NCBI GenBank assembly: GCA_034717755.1
Contig: JAYELV010000212.1
Location: 1 to 36,654, forward strand
Source: Pseudomonadota bacterium
Lineage (GTDB): Bacteria; Pseudomonadota; Gammaproteobacteria; Chromatiales; Chromatiaceae
Direction of reading: 5' to 3'
DNA: 36,654 bases
This document shows positions 24,625 through 33,315 of the stretch, piece by piece. The translations under genes and the position numbers were made by a program. The notes below the pieces were generated by a model. It was not told where the DNA came from. It was given only the letters and a program-made list of their open reading frames with translations, and searched no databases. The first letter of the stretch is position 1. Each line of letters begins with the position of its first letter.

Positions 24625-25750
24625 ATCTATATTCCCGCAGATACCACAACTCAAAACCGCGTTTGAGCCAGTGAAACAGGCGGGACGAGGGCAGCATCAG
24701 GGTGCGCTTCTCATTTCTCGCAATCAGCATACCGCGGTCACGGCTGTCGACGATGCACACCAGTTCAACCTTGAAAGTTGCATCTGCAGCCTCACCCTGC
24801 ATTTCAGCGAGCAGGTTTTTAGAAGCTGCTGCTGCCTGCAGATCCGCCATGTGCGCCTGCTTCGGCATCCAGTCGGGGCCGGGAAAGCTGCCTGAATCAC
24901 CTGCCACATAAACCTGCTGCATGCCTTCAACCTTGCAGTGCCTGTCGGCGCGGATCAGGCCGCCGTTCGAGCGCGGCAGCTCACTATTGTCGAACCATTT
25001 ATTGCCGGTCATGCCCGGCATGAAAAGAATCAGGTCTGCATCAAACTCTCCACCCTCTGTCACCACCCTGTTCGCCTCGAAGCTTTTCATCTTGTGACCA
25101 AGGTGGGTGGAGATATCCCGCCTGTTCATCTCTTTGAGCAGTGCGCTGACAGCCTTGGGGCCAAGACGGTTGCCGGGATTCGCCGCAGGACTGAAAAACA
25201 CCAGCTTGAATTTATGGCGTCGTTTTTCAAGGCGCAACTGCGTGTCGATACCAAACAGGAACTCGAACATCGGCCCGCCGCGCATGGCGCTCGGCTCTTT
25301 GGGGTTGCCGCTGAAACCGATCGCGATGACACCACCTCGCATCTCCTTGAGGCGGTCACGAATTTTCTCTGCAGCAGTGATCCCTTCACAAGGGGTGATG
25401 ACATGCTCGATCCCGGGCAGTTTCTTGATGAAACGGCCGCCCGTAGCGATAATCAGACCATCATTCTCGACTTCACCCCGGTCTGTTTCGACCACGCGGC
25501 CAGCATCACGCAATCCCGTCACTCTGGCCTTGAAAAAATGCACACGATTGCGTTTGAAATAGTTGTCCAGCGGCACCACCAGGTCACTGCGCTCGCGCAG
25601 ACCCGCAGGAATCCAGATGATGCCCGGCAGATAGTGAAGCTCTGCACGCGGGGCGATCAGCGTGATTTCCAGGCTTGCGTCCTGCGCACGCAGTTTGCGC
25701 ACTGCCGTGAGTGCCGCAAAACCTGCTCCAATGATGGTTATTTTTGACAT
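24623..25750 (-). CDS. FAD-dependent pyridine nucleotide-disulfide oxidoreductase, sulfide:quinone oxidoreductase-like
   Basis: 375 aa with an N-terminal Rossmann IIGAGFAALTAVRKL, plus IIATGG and YVAGDSG motifs. The overall order resembles SQR/NDH-2 flavoproteins. Function not assigned. Confidence 0.7.
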   Translation of the reverse strand: MSKITIIGAGFAALTAVRKLRAQDASLEITLIAPRAELHYLPGIIWIPAGLRERSDLVVPLDNYFKRNRVHFFKARVTGLRDAGRVVETDRGEVENDGLIIATGGRFIKKLPGIEHVITPCEGITAAEKIRDRLKEMRGGVIAIGFSGNPKEPSAMRGGPMFEFLFGIDTQLRLEKRRHKFKLVFFSPAANPGNRLGPKAVSALLKEMNRRDISTHLGHKMKSFEANRVVTEGGEFDADLILFMPGMTGNKWFDNSELPRSNGGLIRADRHCKVEGMQQVYVAGDSGSFPGPDWMPKQAHMADLQAAAASKNLLAEMQGEAADATFKVELVCIVDSRDRGMLIARNEKRTLMLPSSRLFHWLKRGFELWYLREYR

Positions 25751-25782
25751 GGTATTTTCTCGTTTATTTATATTTATTTCTC

Positions 25783-25806
25783 GTTCCCACGCTCCTGCGT
25801 GGGAAC
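25783..25806. repeat. Perfect 10-bp hairpin gttcccacgc-tcct-gcgtgggaac (REP-like)
   Basis: Read directly from the sequence. It lies between the relA stop and the SQR-like gene start, with no adjacent T-run. Confidence 0.7.
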
Positions 25807-25814
25807 CAGATCAA

Positions 25815-25842
25815 CCTAAAACTTAAAACCTAAAACCTAAAA
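25815..25842. repeat. Heptamer tandem array (4 units)
   Basis: cctaaaa cttaaaa cctaaaa cctaaaa. It ends 7 nt before the relA stop codon (25850-25852). Confidence 0.85.
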
Positions 25843-25849
25843 CCTCCCT

Positions 25850-28039
25850 TCAAGTCGCCCGCATCGCCTTGATGACATCGGGACTCTGGTTGAGTTTATC
25901 CAGCAGACCCTGCAGCTGGCTGACATCACTGATTTCAACCGTGAAACGCATCACTGCCTGATGTTTTTTGGGATTCGTATGTGTTCTCACCGTGGTGATA
26001 TCGACCTCTTCATTCGAGAAGATCGCGGAAATATCACGGAATAATCCCTTGCGATCGAGTGCAATCACACGGATATCAACCTTGAACTCACCACTGTCAC
26101 TCTCATCAGACTCCCACTCTACATCGATCAGGCGCTGCTGCTCCTCTTCACTCATGTGCTGCACCACGGAACAATCCCTGCGGTGTATGGTAATGCCCCG
26201 CCCCCTGGTGATGTATCCAGTGACATCATCACCCGGCACAGGCTTGCAGCACTGTCCCAGTTGCGTCAGAAGATCATCAACACCCTGCACGATCAACTGA
26301 GGCGCCTTGCCCGGCTGCTGTTTACGACGCGGTTTTGGCGCTGGTTTAGCCGAGTCCTGCTGTTGGCGAAGTTCCCAGCTTGCCACCTGCACCGGTGAAA
26401 TATCTCCGCGGCCGATGGCGGCATAAAGAGCTTCGTCACTCTTCATATTGAAGTGCCGTGCAATCTTTGAGAGGTTGGCCCTGGCGGCGCCGAGGCGCAT
26501 TGTTTCCCGCTCCAGGCTCTCCTTGCCAGCCTCGACATGGGTGTCATAATCCTGTTGGCGAAACCATTGACGGATGCGGCCACGTGCTCGTGATGAGCGG
26601 ACATAGCCCAGGCGGGAGCTCATCCAGTCCCGTGATGGGCGCTCCTGCCTGGCGGTCATGATCTCGACTGTCTGGCCGTTTTGCAATGGCTGCGTCAACT
26701 GAGTAATTCTGCCATCCACTTTCGCTCCACGGCAGCGGTGTCCGACGCTGGTATGGATCGCGTAGGCAAAATCAATCGGTGTCGCGCCATACCCCAGCTC
26801 GATGACCTTTCCCTGTGGAGTGAGTACATAGATATGCTGCTGCTCATCGTCACTCTGCAGCTGCGACTGCTCATCGATATCATCACGCTGCTCCAGCCAT
26901 TGACGCATCCATTCGATGCGCTGTTCAAGACCCCGGTTTTCACCGCGCTGTTCCTTGTAGCGCCAGTGCGCCGCAACACCACGCTCGGCATGTTCATGCA
27001 TATCATGTGTGCGAATCTGGATCTCCAGCGGCCGCTCATCATCGCCGATCACAACCGTATGAATCGACTGGTAGAGGTTTGCCTTGGGAGTCGCAATATA
27101 GTCATCGAACTCCTGTGGAATATGCCGCCACAATCCATGAACGATACCAAGTGCGCTGTAGCATTCAGTGATCGAATCGACCAGTACACGCACGGCGCGG
27201 ACATCGAAGATGTGCGAAAAATCCATATCCTTGCGCTGCATCTTTCTCCAGATACTGTAGATATGCTTGGGCCTGCCGCTCATCTGCGCATGGATGCCCT
27301 GCTCTTCAAAAACAGTGTCAAGTTTTTTGATCACACTCTTGATAGAGGCCAGGCGCTCGTCACGCCGCTCTTCCAGGCGGATCGCAATCTCCCGGTATTG
27401 GCCGGGATGCAGGTAGCGCAACGAGAGATCCTCGAGTTCCCACTTGATCTGCCAGATACCGAGGCGGTTGGCAAGCGGCGCAAAAATATCGAGTGTATTG
27501 CGGCTGAATCTATGCTGGTTTGACTCCGAGAAGGACTCCTGGCGGCGCATCAGATGCACGCGCTCTGCAAGCATGATCATGATGACCCGCACATCACTGG
27601 AAAGGCCCAGCAGCAGGCGGCGCAAGTTTTCGGAGTGCGCCTCGCCCTTCTCTTCAAGATCTGACAACACACCCGGTGTCAGCTGGTGGATCTTGTCGAG
27701 AGATTGAATGCAATGCGCGACCGTCTCCCCATAGCGCTGCAGCAGAGCAGCATGATCGAAGATGTTAGCAGACAGGGTGCGGTGAAGTATCGCTGCTATG
27801 AGTGTGCTGTCATCCGGATCGAACTGCGCGAGAATATCTGCGACATGCAGAACATAGAGCGCCAGCTGCTGACCACTGCGCTCCTCCTGTTCGGCAAACA
27901 GTCCGAGCACAGAGTGGGCCGCCTCGCTGAGTTTAGCGCGGATATCGGCATCTTCAGCCGGCGGCAATAACGCCAGCCATGCATCGATGGCATCATCGTC
28001 GAGATGCTCTTCAGGAAGTCTTTTTGATACAGAGACCAT
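25850..28039 (-). CDS. relA: GTP pyrophosphokinase RelA ((p)ppGpp synthetase I)
   Basis: 729 aa. The N-terminal pseudo-hydrolase lacks the HD dyad (ILHRTL where SpoT has LHDVIED). It has a RelA/SpoT synthetase domain and TGS and ACT-like C-terminal domains. It starts MVSV, as in E. coli MVAV. Confidence 0.9.
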   Translation of the reverse strand: MVSVSKRLPEEHLDDDAIDAWLALLPPAEDADIRAKLSEAAHSVLGLFAEQEERSGQQLALYVLHVADILAQFDPDDSTLIAAILHRTLSANIFDHAALLQRYGETVAHCIQSLDKIHQLTPGVLSDLEEKGEAHSENLRRLLLGLSSDVRVIMIMLAERVHLMRRQESFSESNQHRFSRNTLDIFAPLANRLGIWQIKWELEDLSLRYLHPGQYREIAIRLEERRDERLASIKSVIKKLDTVFEEQGIHAQMSGRPKHIYSIWRKMQRKDMDFSHIFDVRAVRVLVDSITECYSALGIVHGLWRHIPQEFDDYIATPKANLYQSIHTVVIGDDERPLEIQIRTHDMHEHAERGVAAHWRYKEQRGENRGLEQRIEWMRQWLEQRDDIDEQSQLQSDDEQQHIYVLTPQGKVIELGYGATPIDFAYAIHTSVGHRCRGAKVDGRITQLTQPLQNGQTVEIMTARQERPSRDWMSSRLGYVRSSRARGRIRQWFRQQDYDTHVEAGKESLERETMRLGAARANLSKIARHFNMKSDEALYAAIGRGDISPVQVASWELRQQQDSAKPAPKPRRKQQPGKAPQLIVQGVDDLLTQLGQCCKPVPGDDVTGYITRGRGITIHRRDCSVVQHMSEEEQQRLIDVEWESDESDSGEFKVDIRVIALDRKGLFRDISAIFSNEEVDITTVRTHTNPKKHQAVMRFTVEISDVSQLQGLLDKLNQSPDVIKAMRAT

Positions 28040-28046
28040 GGGGAGG

Positions 28047-28117
28047 TTTTAAGTTTTAGGTTTTAAGTTTTAGGAGAAAGGTTTTAAGTTGTTAGGTTTT
28101 AGGTTTTAGGTTTTATG
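28047..28117. repeat. Heptamer tandem array (about 10 units, TTTTAGG orientation on the plus strand)
   Basis: ttttaag ttttagg ttttaag ttttagg agaaagg ttttaag ttgttagg ttttagg ttttagg ttttatg. It begins 8 nt from the relA ATG. Confidence 0.9.
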
Positions 28118-28180
28118 TGCCGTGCTTCCCGGCAGGAATGTATTTTCGCGTACGAGATGTCACTGAATAACAAAAATCAT

Positions 28181-28212
28181 GGTGCAATGCGCTTCGCTTA
28201 TTGACACCCTAC
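28181..28212. repeat. GTAG-type REP hairpin (single unit, CTAC end on the plus strand)
   Basis: ggtgcaatgcgcttcgcttattgacaccctac. Confidence 0.65.
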
Positions 28213-28221
28213 GGTTTTTTA

Positions 28222-28252
28222 CCTAAAACATAAAACTTAAAACTTAATACCT
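28222..28252. repeat. Heptamer tandem array (4 degenerate units)
   Basis: cctaaaa cataaaa cttaaaa cttaata cct(a). It runs into the parC stop codon at 28251-28253. Confidence 0.75.
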
Positions 28253-30497
28253 ACACTATCTCTACTCTATCGATTTTCTGGAATCCACGCGGTAGTTTGT
28301 GACCACGGCGGCCGCGTTCTCCTGCATAGGCATCGAGATCGGCATTTTTGAGATTGATATAGCGTTTGCCTGACCAGGCTCGCAGTACTGATCCCGCAGA
28401 TACACAGGCCAGCGCCACAACGTACTCCTCTCTGGACGCCGCTTTTTTCGCCGGAATATTAATAATCTTGATGCCCTTTCCACGGCTCATTTGTGGAAGT
28501 TCGGAAACAGCAAAGACCAGCATGTGGCCATCACTGGTAATGGAAACCAGGCGGTCATCCTGCTGCATAATGCATGCGGGTTTTAGCACCCTGGCGTTCT
28601 TTGGAAGGCGCAGCGCCGCCTTGCCAGCCTTTTTATTCGCCAGCAGATGTTTCATCTGTACCTGGTAGCCATACCCTGCATCGGAAGCCATCAGGTACCA
28701 CTGCTCCTCATCGCCGCCGAGAACGGCTACAAAGGTCGCACCCGCAGGAGGTGACAGCCGGCCTGTCAGCGGCTCTCCCTGACCGCGTGCCGAGGGCAGC
28801 GTATGTGCAAATATCGAATAGCTGCGGCCGCAGGAGTCAAGAAACACCGCCGGCTGGTTACTGCGCATTCTGACGCTGTCAAGATGACTGTCTCCGGCCT
28901 TATAGTTCAATCCGGTCGCATCGATATCATGCCCCCTGGCAGAACGCACCCAGCCCTTCTCAGACAACACCACAGTCACGGCTTCACTCGGCGCCAGATC
29001 GGTTTCACGCAGCGCCTCGGCGGCATCACGCACGACAATCTGTGAGCGGCGCTCATCACCATACTCTTCGGCGTCAGCCAGAATCTCCTTGCGAATCAGG
29101 GTTTTCATACGCTGCTTCGAACCCAACAGCAACTCCAGCTTGTCACGCTCAGCCGCCAGCTCCTGCTGCTCGGCGCGAATCTTCATCTCCTCGAGTCTGG
29201 CCAGCTGGCGCAAACGGGTATCGAGAACATAATTCGCCTGCAGTTCTGTCAGCTCAAAGCGCTGCATGAGCGCCGCTTTGGGATGCTCTTCGGTACGGAT
29301 GATATGAATCACTTCATCAATATTCAGAAAAGCGATCAATAACCCATCCAGCAGATGCAGGCGCTGTTTGACTTTCGCAAGGCGGTATTCGAGGCGTCTA
29401 CGCACCGTCTCAAAACGGAATTCAAGCCACTCCTTGAGCATCATGCGCAGGTTTTTTACCTGTGGACGGCCATTGGTTCCGATCACATTCATGTTGACGC
29501 GATAGGTGCGTTCCAGATCCGTGCTGGCAAACAGATGCGACATCATACGCTCGATATCGACCCGGTTGGAGCGCGGCACTATCACCATTCTGGAGGGTGT
29601 TTCGTGATCGGACTCATCGCGCAGATCCTCGACCCACGGCAGTTTTTTGGCGCGCATCTGCTGCGCAATTTGCTCCAGTACTTTCGAGCCGGAGACCTGG
29701 TACGGAAGTGCAGTTACCACCACCTCGCCATGTTCGACTTCCCAGCGTGCACGCATGCGCACACTGCCATGACCGGTCGCATAGATCTTCAGCAGATCGG
29801 ATGGCGGAGAGATGATCTCCGCCTCGGTGGGATAATCGGGCGCGGGAATAAATTCATGCAGCTCCTCGAGCGTTGCTTTGGGATGTTCGATCAGGTGAAT
29901 ACAGGCTGCAGCAACTTCTCGCAGGTTGTGCGGCGGAATATCCGTCGCCATACCGACAGCAATACCGGAGCCACCGTTGAGCAGTACATTCGGCAGCCGC
30001 GCCGGCAGCACCACCGGCTCATCCAGAGTGCCGTCAAAATTGGGCTGCCAGTCGACAGTGCCCTGCCCCAGCTCCTGCAGCAGCAATTTTGAGTATGGCG
30101 CCATGCGCGCCTCGGTATAGCGCATCGCGGCAAAGGATTTGGGGTCATCCGGACTTCCCCAGTTGCCCTGCCCCTGGATCAGCGGATAGCGATAGGAGAA
30201 TGGCTGCGCCATCAGCACCATTGCTTCGTAGCAGGCGCTGTCGCCATGCGGATGGAACTTGCCGAGCACATCACCGACGGTGCGCGCCGACTTCTTGAAT
30301 TTTGCAGTTGCCGACAGTCCCAGTTCAGACATGGCGTAGACGATACGCCGCTGCACCGGCTTGAGTCCGTCTCCGATATTGGGCAGGGCGCGGTCAAGAA
30401 TGACGTACATGGAGTAATCCAGATACGCCTTCTCGGTAAAATCGCGCATCGCCATGCGCTCGATGCCCTCGGTTGTAAAATTTTGTGTAGTTTCCAT
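28251..30497 (-). CDS. parC: DNA topoisomerase IV subunit A
   Basis: 748 aa, collinear by eye with E. coli ParC ([43 protein letters not shown]-terminal [22 protein letters not shown]). Confidence 0.93.
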   Translation of the reverse strand: METTQNFTTEGIERMAMRDFTEKAYLDYSMYVILDRALPNIGDGLKPVQRRIVYAMSELGLSATAKFKKSARTVGDVLGKFHPHGDSACYEAMVLMAQPFSYRYPLIQGQGNWGSPDDPKSFAAMRYTEARMAPYSKLLLQELGQGTVDWQPNFDGTLDEPVVLPARLPNVLLNGGSGIAVGMATDIPPHNLREVAAACIHLIEHPKATLEELHEFIPAPDYPTEAEIISPPSDLLKIYATGHGSVRMRARWEVEHGEVVVTALPYQVSGSKVLEQIAQQMRAKKLPWVEDLRDESDHETPSRMVIVPRSNRVDIERMMSHLFASTDLERTYRVNMNVIGTNGRPQVKNLRMMLKEWLEFRFETVRRRLEYRLAKVKQRLHLLDGLLIAFLNIDEVIHIIRTEEHPKAALMQRFELTELQANYVLDTRLRQLARLEEMKIRAEQQELAAERDKLELLLGSKQRMKTLIRKEILADAEEYGDERRSQIVVRDAAEALRETDLAPSEAVTVVLSEKGWVRSARGHDIDATGLNYKAGDSHLDSVRMRSNQPAVFLDSCGRSYSIFAHTLPSARGQGEPLTGRLSPPAGATFVAVLGGDEEQWYLMASDAGYGYQVQMKHLLANKKAGKAALRLPKNARVLKPACIMQQDDRLVSITSDGHMLVFAVSELPQMSRGKGIKIINIPAKKAASREEYVVALACVSAGSVLRAWSGKRYINLKNADLDAYAGERGRRGHKLPRGFQKIDRVEIV

Positions 30498-30606
30498 TGA
30501 CTCGGGGGGAGTGATAAATCTGCTACAGAAGCTTATCAGTGCTGCAGCAGAAAGAGAAAGGGATATTCGTTCACATGCTCTGTTTTATGCAATGAATGTG
30601 TGAATA

Positions 30607-30667
30607 GTAATTTCTCAATAAGACCATGCATTGATTGAGCCTGTGCACGGGGTTATTGAGATGTTAC
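30607..30667. mobile_element. 61-bp mini-MITE with a perfect 8-bp target duplication
   Basis: The termini are gtaatttctcaataa and ttattgagatgttac. TGTGAATA is at 30599-30606 and again at 30668-30675. Confidence 0.75.
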
Positions 30668-30678
30668 TGTGAATAGAG

Positions 30679-30836
30679 ATAATACCTCAATAATTTCGTG
30701 TAAACGCTGTCATTGCGAGGGAGCCTAAGCGACCGTGGCAATCTCAGGCAGATTGCCGCGTTGCTTCGCTCCTCGCAATGACAGACTTCATGTGTTTTCC
30801 ACAAGTTGTTACTGCACGGTGCTATTGAGATGTTTC
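30679..30836. mobile_element. 158-bp MITE copy inserted 11 bp from the mini-MITE
   Basis: The termini are ataatacctcaataa and ctattgagatgtttc. The core gtcattgcgagggagcctaagcgaccgtggcaatct...cctcgcaatgac is at 30709-30782. The flanks GAATAGAG (30671-30678) and GCATAGAG (30837-30844) match at 7 of 8 positions. Confidence 0.7.
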
Positions 30837-30883
30837 GCATAGAGAATCTGAGAAGTTGATTCTGCTGCAAAAACAGGAAATAT

Positions 30884-33199
30884 TCACGAAGCAATCGCAC
30901 CGGCAATCACTGCCTGCCCTAATGACAGCCCGCCATCATTGGCCGGTGTTGCAACTGGCGAAAGCACACTCAGGCCCTGGCCACGCAGCAACAGGGTGCT
31001 CTGCTCCAACAGAAGACGATTTTGAAAGACGCCGCCGCTGAGCACCACCCGGTGTAATTCATGCTGTGCACACAATCGCCCTGCTGTCGTGGCGACAGCG
31101 GATGCCACTGCATGATGGAAACGCGCTGCAATAATGCCCTGTTCCACCCCGTTACCGAGATCCTCCAGCAAGGCTGACCACAGGGGCTCCCAGCTGAGGA
31201 CGCCATGCTGCAGTTCAAAACCGTAAGCATCATCCGACTGCTGAGCGAAATGCCCAGCTGCCAGCGCCTCGAGTGCAATGGCCGCCTCACCCTCGAAAGC
31301 TGCCGTGTCACGGCATACCCCGACTGCAGCCGCCACTGCATCAAACAGGCGTCCGGCTGACGAAGCCGGTGGAGAGTTGAGACCTTTTTGCGCCATGGTG
31401 TGTAAAGTATCGAGGGGCTTGCTGTTGAGAAAGCGCACGATATCCAGATGCGCATACTGCCTATTGACCTGCTCCCATCCCGGCGTGTTGAGCAGATGGG
31501 CAAAGGTGTTGCGCCAGGGTTCACGCATGGCTTGTGCTCCACCCAACATCGGCACGGGCTGAAAATGCGCGGCTCGCTCGAATTCCAGGTAATCGGCAAT
31601 GAGGAACTCCCCGCCCCAGATGGCGCCGTCATCGCCAAAGCCCAATCCGTCCAGCGCCACCCCCAGCACTTTTCCACTCTCTATTGTCAGCCCGTGCTCC
31701 GCCATGCAGGCGGCGATGTGGGCGTGATGATGCTGCACCTCGATCAGTTGCAAACCCTCTTCGGCCGCCATGGTTCGCCCCAGCTGCGTGGAGAGATAGC
31801 CCGGATGTCTGTCAACAACGATGATATCGGGGTGAAAATCGAACAACTGCCGATAGAGCTGCAGATTGTGACGGTAATCCCGGTAGGTGGAGGCATCTTC
31901 CAGATCACCCATGTGCTGCGAGAGAATCGCCCTGCCCTGTTTCAACAGGCAGAAGGTGTTCTTCAGTTCAGCCCCCATGGCGAGGATATTCGTAGCAGCA
32001 GAAAATTCTTTAGGCAGCAGTATCGGTTGGGGTGCATAGCCGCGCGCACGGCGTAGAAAACGCGGCTTGCCAGCGGCCAGCTGCAGCACCGAATCGTCGA
32101 GGCGGTTGACGATGTCGCGATCATGCAGCAGATAGTAATCGGCGATCTGATCCAGCCGCCGGTGTGCATCCCGGTTGTCAATGCTCTGTGGTTCGTCACT
32201 GCGATTGCCCGAGGTCAGCACCATAGGACGTGTCAGACCCTGCATCAGCAGATGATGCAGAGGTGTGTACGGCAGCATAAAGCCAAGGTTGTTTTGCCCT
32301 GGCGCCACACTGGCGGCAAGCGACTCCCCGGCAGCATGCAACACCACGATGGGCGCCGCCTTATCACTCAGCAACGCCCGCCCGGCATCACTCACCCTGG
32401 CAAAGGATTTGACCATATCGATGTCACGCGCCATCAGGGCCAGCGCCTTGCGATAGCGATGCTTGCGCCGGCGCAGTCTGCTGACTGTCTCCTGGTTGCC
32501 CGCATCGCAGGCCAGGTGAATGCCGCCGATTCCCTTGATCGCCACGATGGAGCCCTCACGGATGAGACGTGCAGCAGTCTCGATCGCATCACAACCCTGG
32601 TCCGCTTTCAATCGCTTGCCATCATTATCCTCCAGCCACACCCGTGGTCCGCACTCTGCGCATGCATTTGGCTGGGCATGAAATCGGCGGTTAGCTGGAT
32701 CATCATATTCAGCCTGACATTGCGCGCACATCGGAAACGATGCCATGCTGGTATTGGCGCGGTCATAGGGAATGGCCGAGACAATCGACAGCCTGGGACC
32801 GCAGTGGGTGCAGTTGCTAAAGGGGTAGCGGTAACGGCGGTTGGAAGGATCCAGCACCTCGGCAAGGCATTCGGGGCAGGTGGCTGCATCCGCCGCCACA
32901 GCGGTGTTTACCTCGCCCTCCCGGCTGACGCTAATGTGAAAACCCTGTGGAGCCTCTTCACTGGCGTGCAGTGGCGTGCGCAGGATCTCTTCAATGCGCG
33001 ACAGGGGTGGTTGTTCGGCACGCAGTCGCCGCACGAAGTCATCCAGAGACGAGCAGCTCCCCCAGAGATGAATCAATACACCTTCGGCATCGTTGCACAC
33101 CCGGCCGGCAAGACCGCTCGCGTTGGCCAATCGCCACACCGTCGGGCGAAATCCGACACCCTGCACGATTCCGGTGACCCGGATGCGTTCTCCGCTCAT
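30884..33199 (-). CDS. hypF: [NiFe]-hydrogenase maturation carbamoyltransferase HypF
   Basis: Acylphosphatase domain (RVTGIVQGVGFRP) and two zinc fingers (CPECLAE...CTHCGPR and CAQCQAE...CAECGPR), followed by YrdC-like and Kae1-like domains. The start was trimmed from 33295 to the ATG at 33197-33199. Confidence 0.92.
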   Translation of the reverse strand: MSGERIRVTGIVQGVGFRPTVWRLANASGLAGRVCNDAEGVLIHLWGSCSSLDDFVRRLRAEQPPLSRIEEILRTPLHASEEAPQGFHISVSREGEVNTAVAADAATCPECLAEVLDPSNRRYRYPFSNCTHCGPRLSIVSAIPYDRANTSMASFPMCAQCQAEYDDPANRRFHAQPNACAECGPRVWLEDNDGKRLKADQGCDAIETAARLIREGSIVAIKGIGGIHLACDAGNQETVSRLRRRKHRYRKALALMARDIDMVKSFARVSDAGRALLSDKAAPIVVLHAAGESLAASVAPGQNNLGFMLPYTPLHHLLMQGLTRPMVLTSGNRSDEPQSIDNRDAHRRLDQIADYYLLHDRDIVNRLDDSVLQLAAGKPRFLRRARGYAPQPILLPKEFSAATNILAMGAELKNTFCLLKQGRAILSQHMGDLEDASTYRDYRHNLQLYRQLFDFHPDIIVVDRHPGYLSTQLGRTMAAEEGLQLIEVQHHHAHIAACMAEHGLTIESGKVLGVALDGLGFGDDGAIWGGEFLIADYLEFERAAHFQPVPMLGGAQAMREPWRNTFAHLLNTPGWEQVNRQYAHLDIVRFLNSKPLDTLHTMAQKGLNSPPASSAGRLFDAVAAAVGVCRDTAAFEGEAAIALEALAAGHFAQQSDDAYGFELQHGVLSWEPLWSALLEDLGNGVEQGIIAARFHHAVASAVATTAGRLCAQHELHRVVLSGGVFQNRLLLEQSTLLLRGQGLSVLSPVATPANDGGLSLGQAVIAGAIAS

Positions 33200-33315
33200 C
33201 AATGCACCGACCCATTCAATAATGCCTGCACGAATGCTGCTGACATAGTTATGACACTCTTTGCAGCTGTTCAGCAGTGCAGCGATGCCTGGCAATGGTC
33301 AACGGCGTGCGTGAC

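Noticed and set aside
24938-25747. 269-aa plus-strand ORF
   Set aside because: It is antisense to the SQR-like flavoprotein gene, which has clear Rossmann/FAD motifs.
26681-27523. 280-aa plus-strand ORF
   Set aside because: It is antisense to the well-supported relA gene and has no motifs.
28047-28117. Heptamer array as a CRISPR array or telomere-like repeat
   Set aside because: The units are contiguous 7-mers without spacers, so this is not a CRISPR array. The resemblance of TTTTAGG to eukaryotic telomere repeats is superficial, given short internal arrays in a bacterial gene context.
29355-30092. 245-aa plus-strand ORF
   Set aside because: It is antisense to parC.
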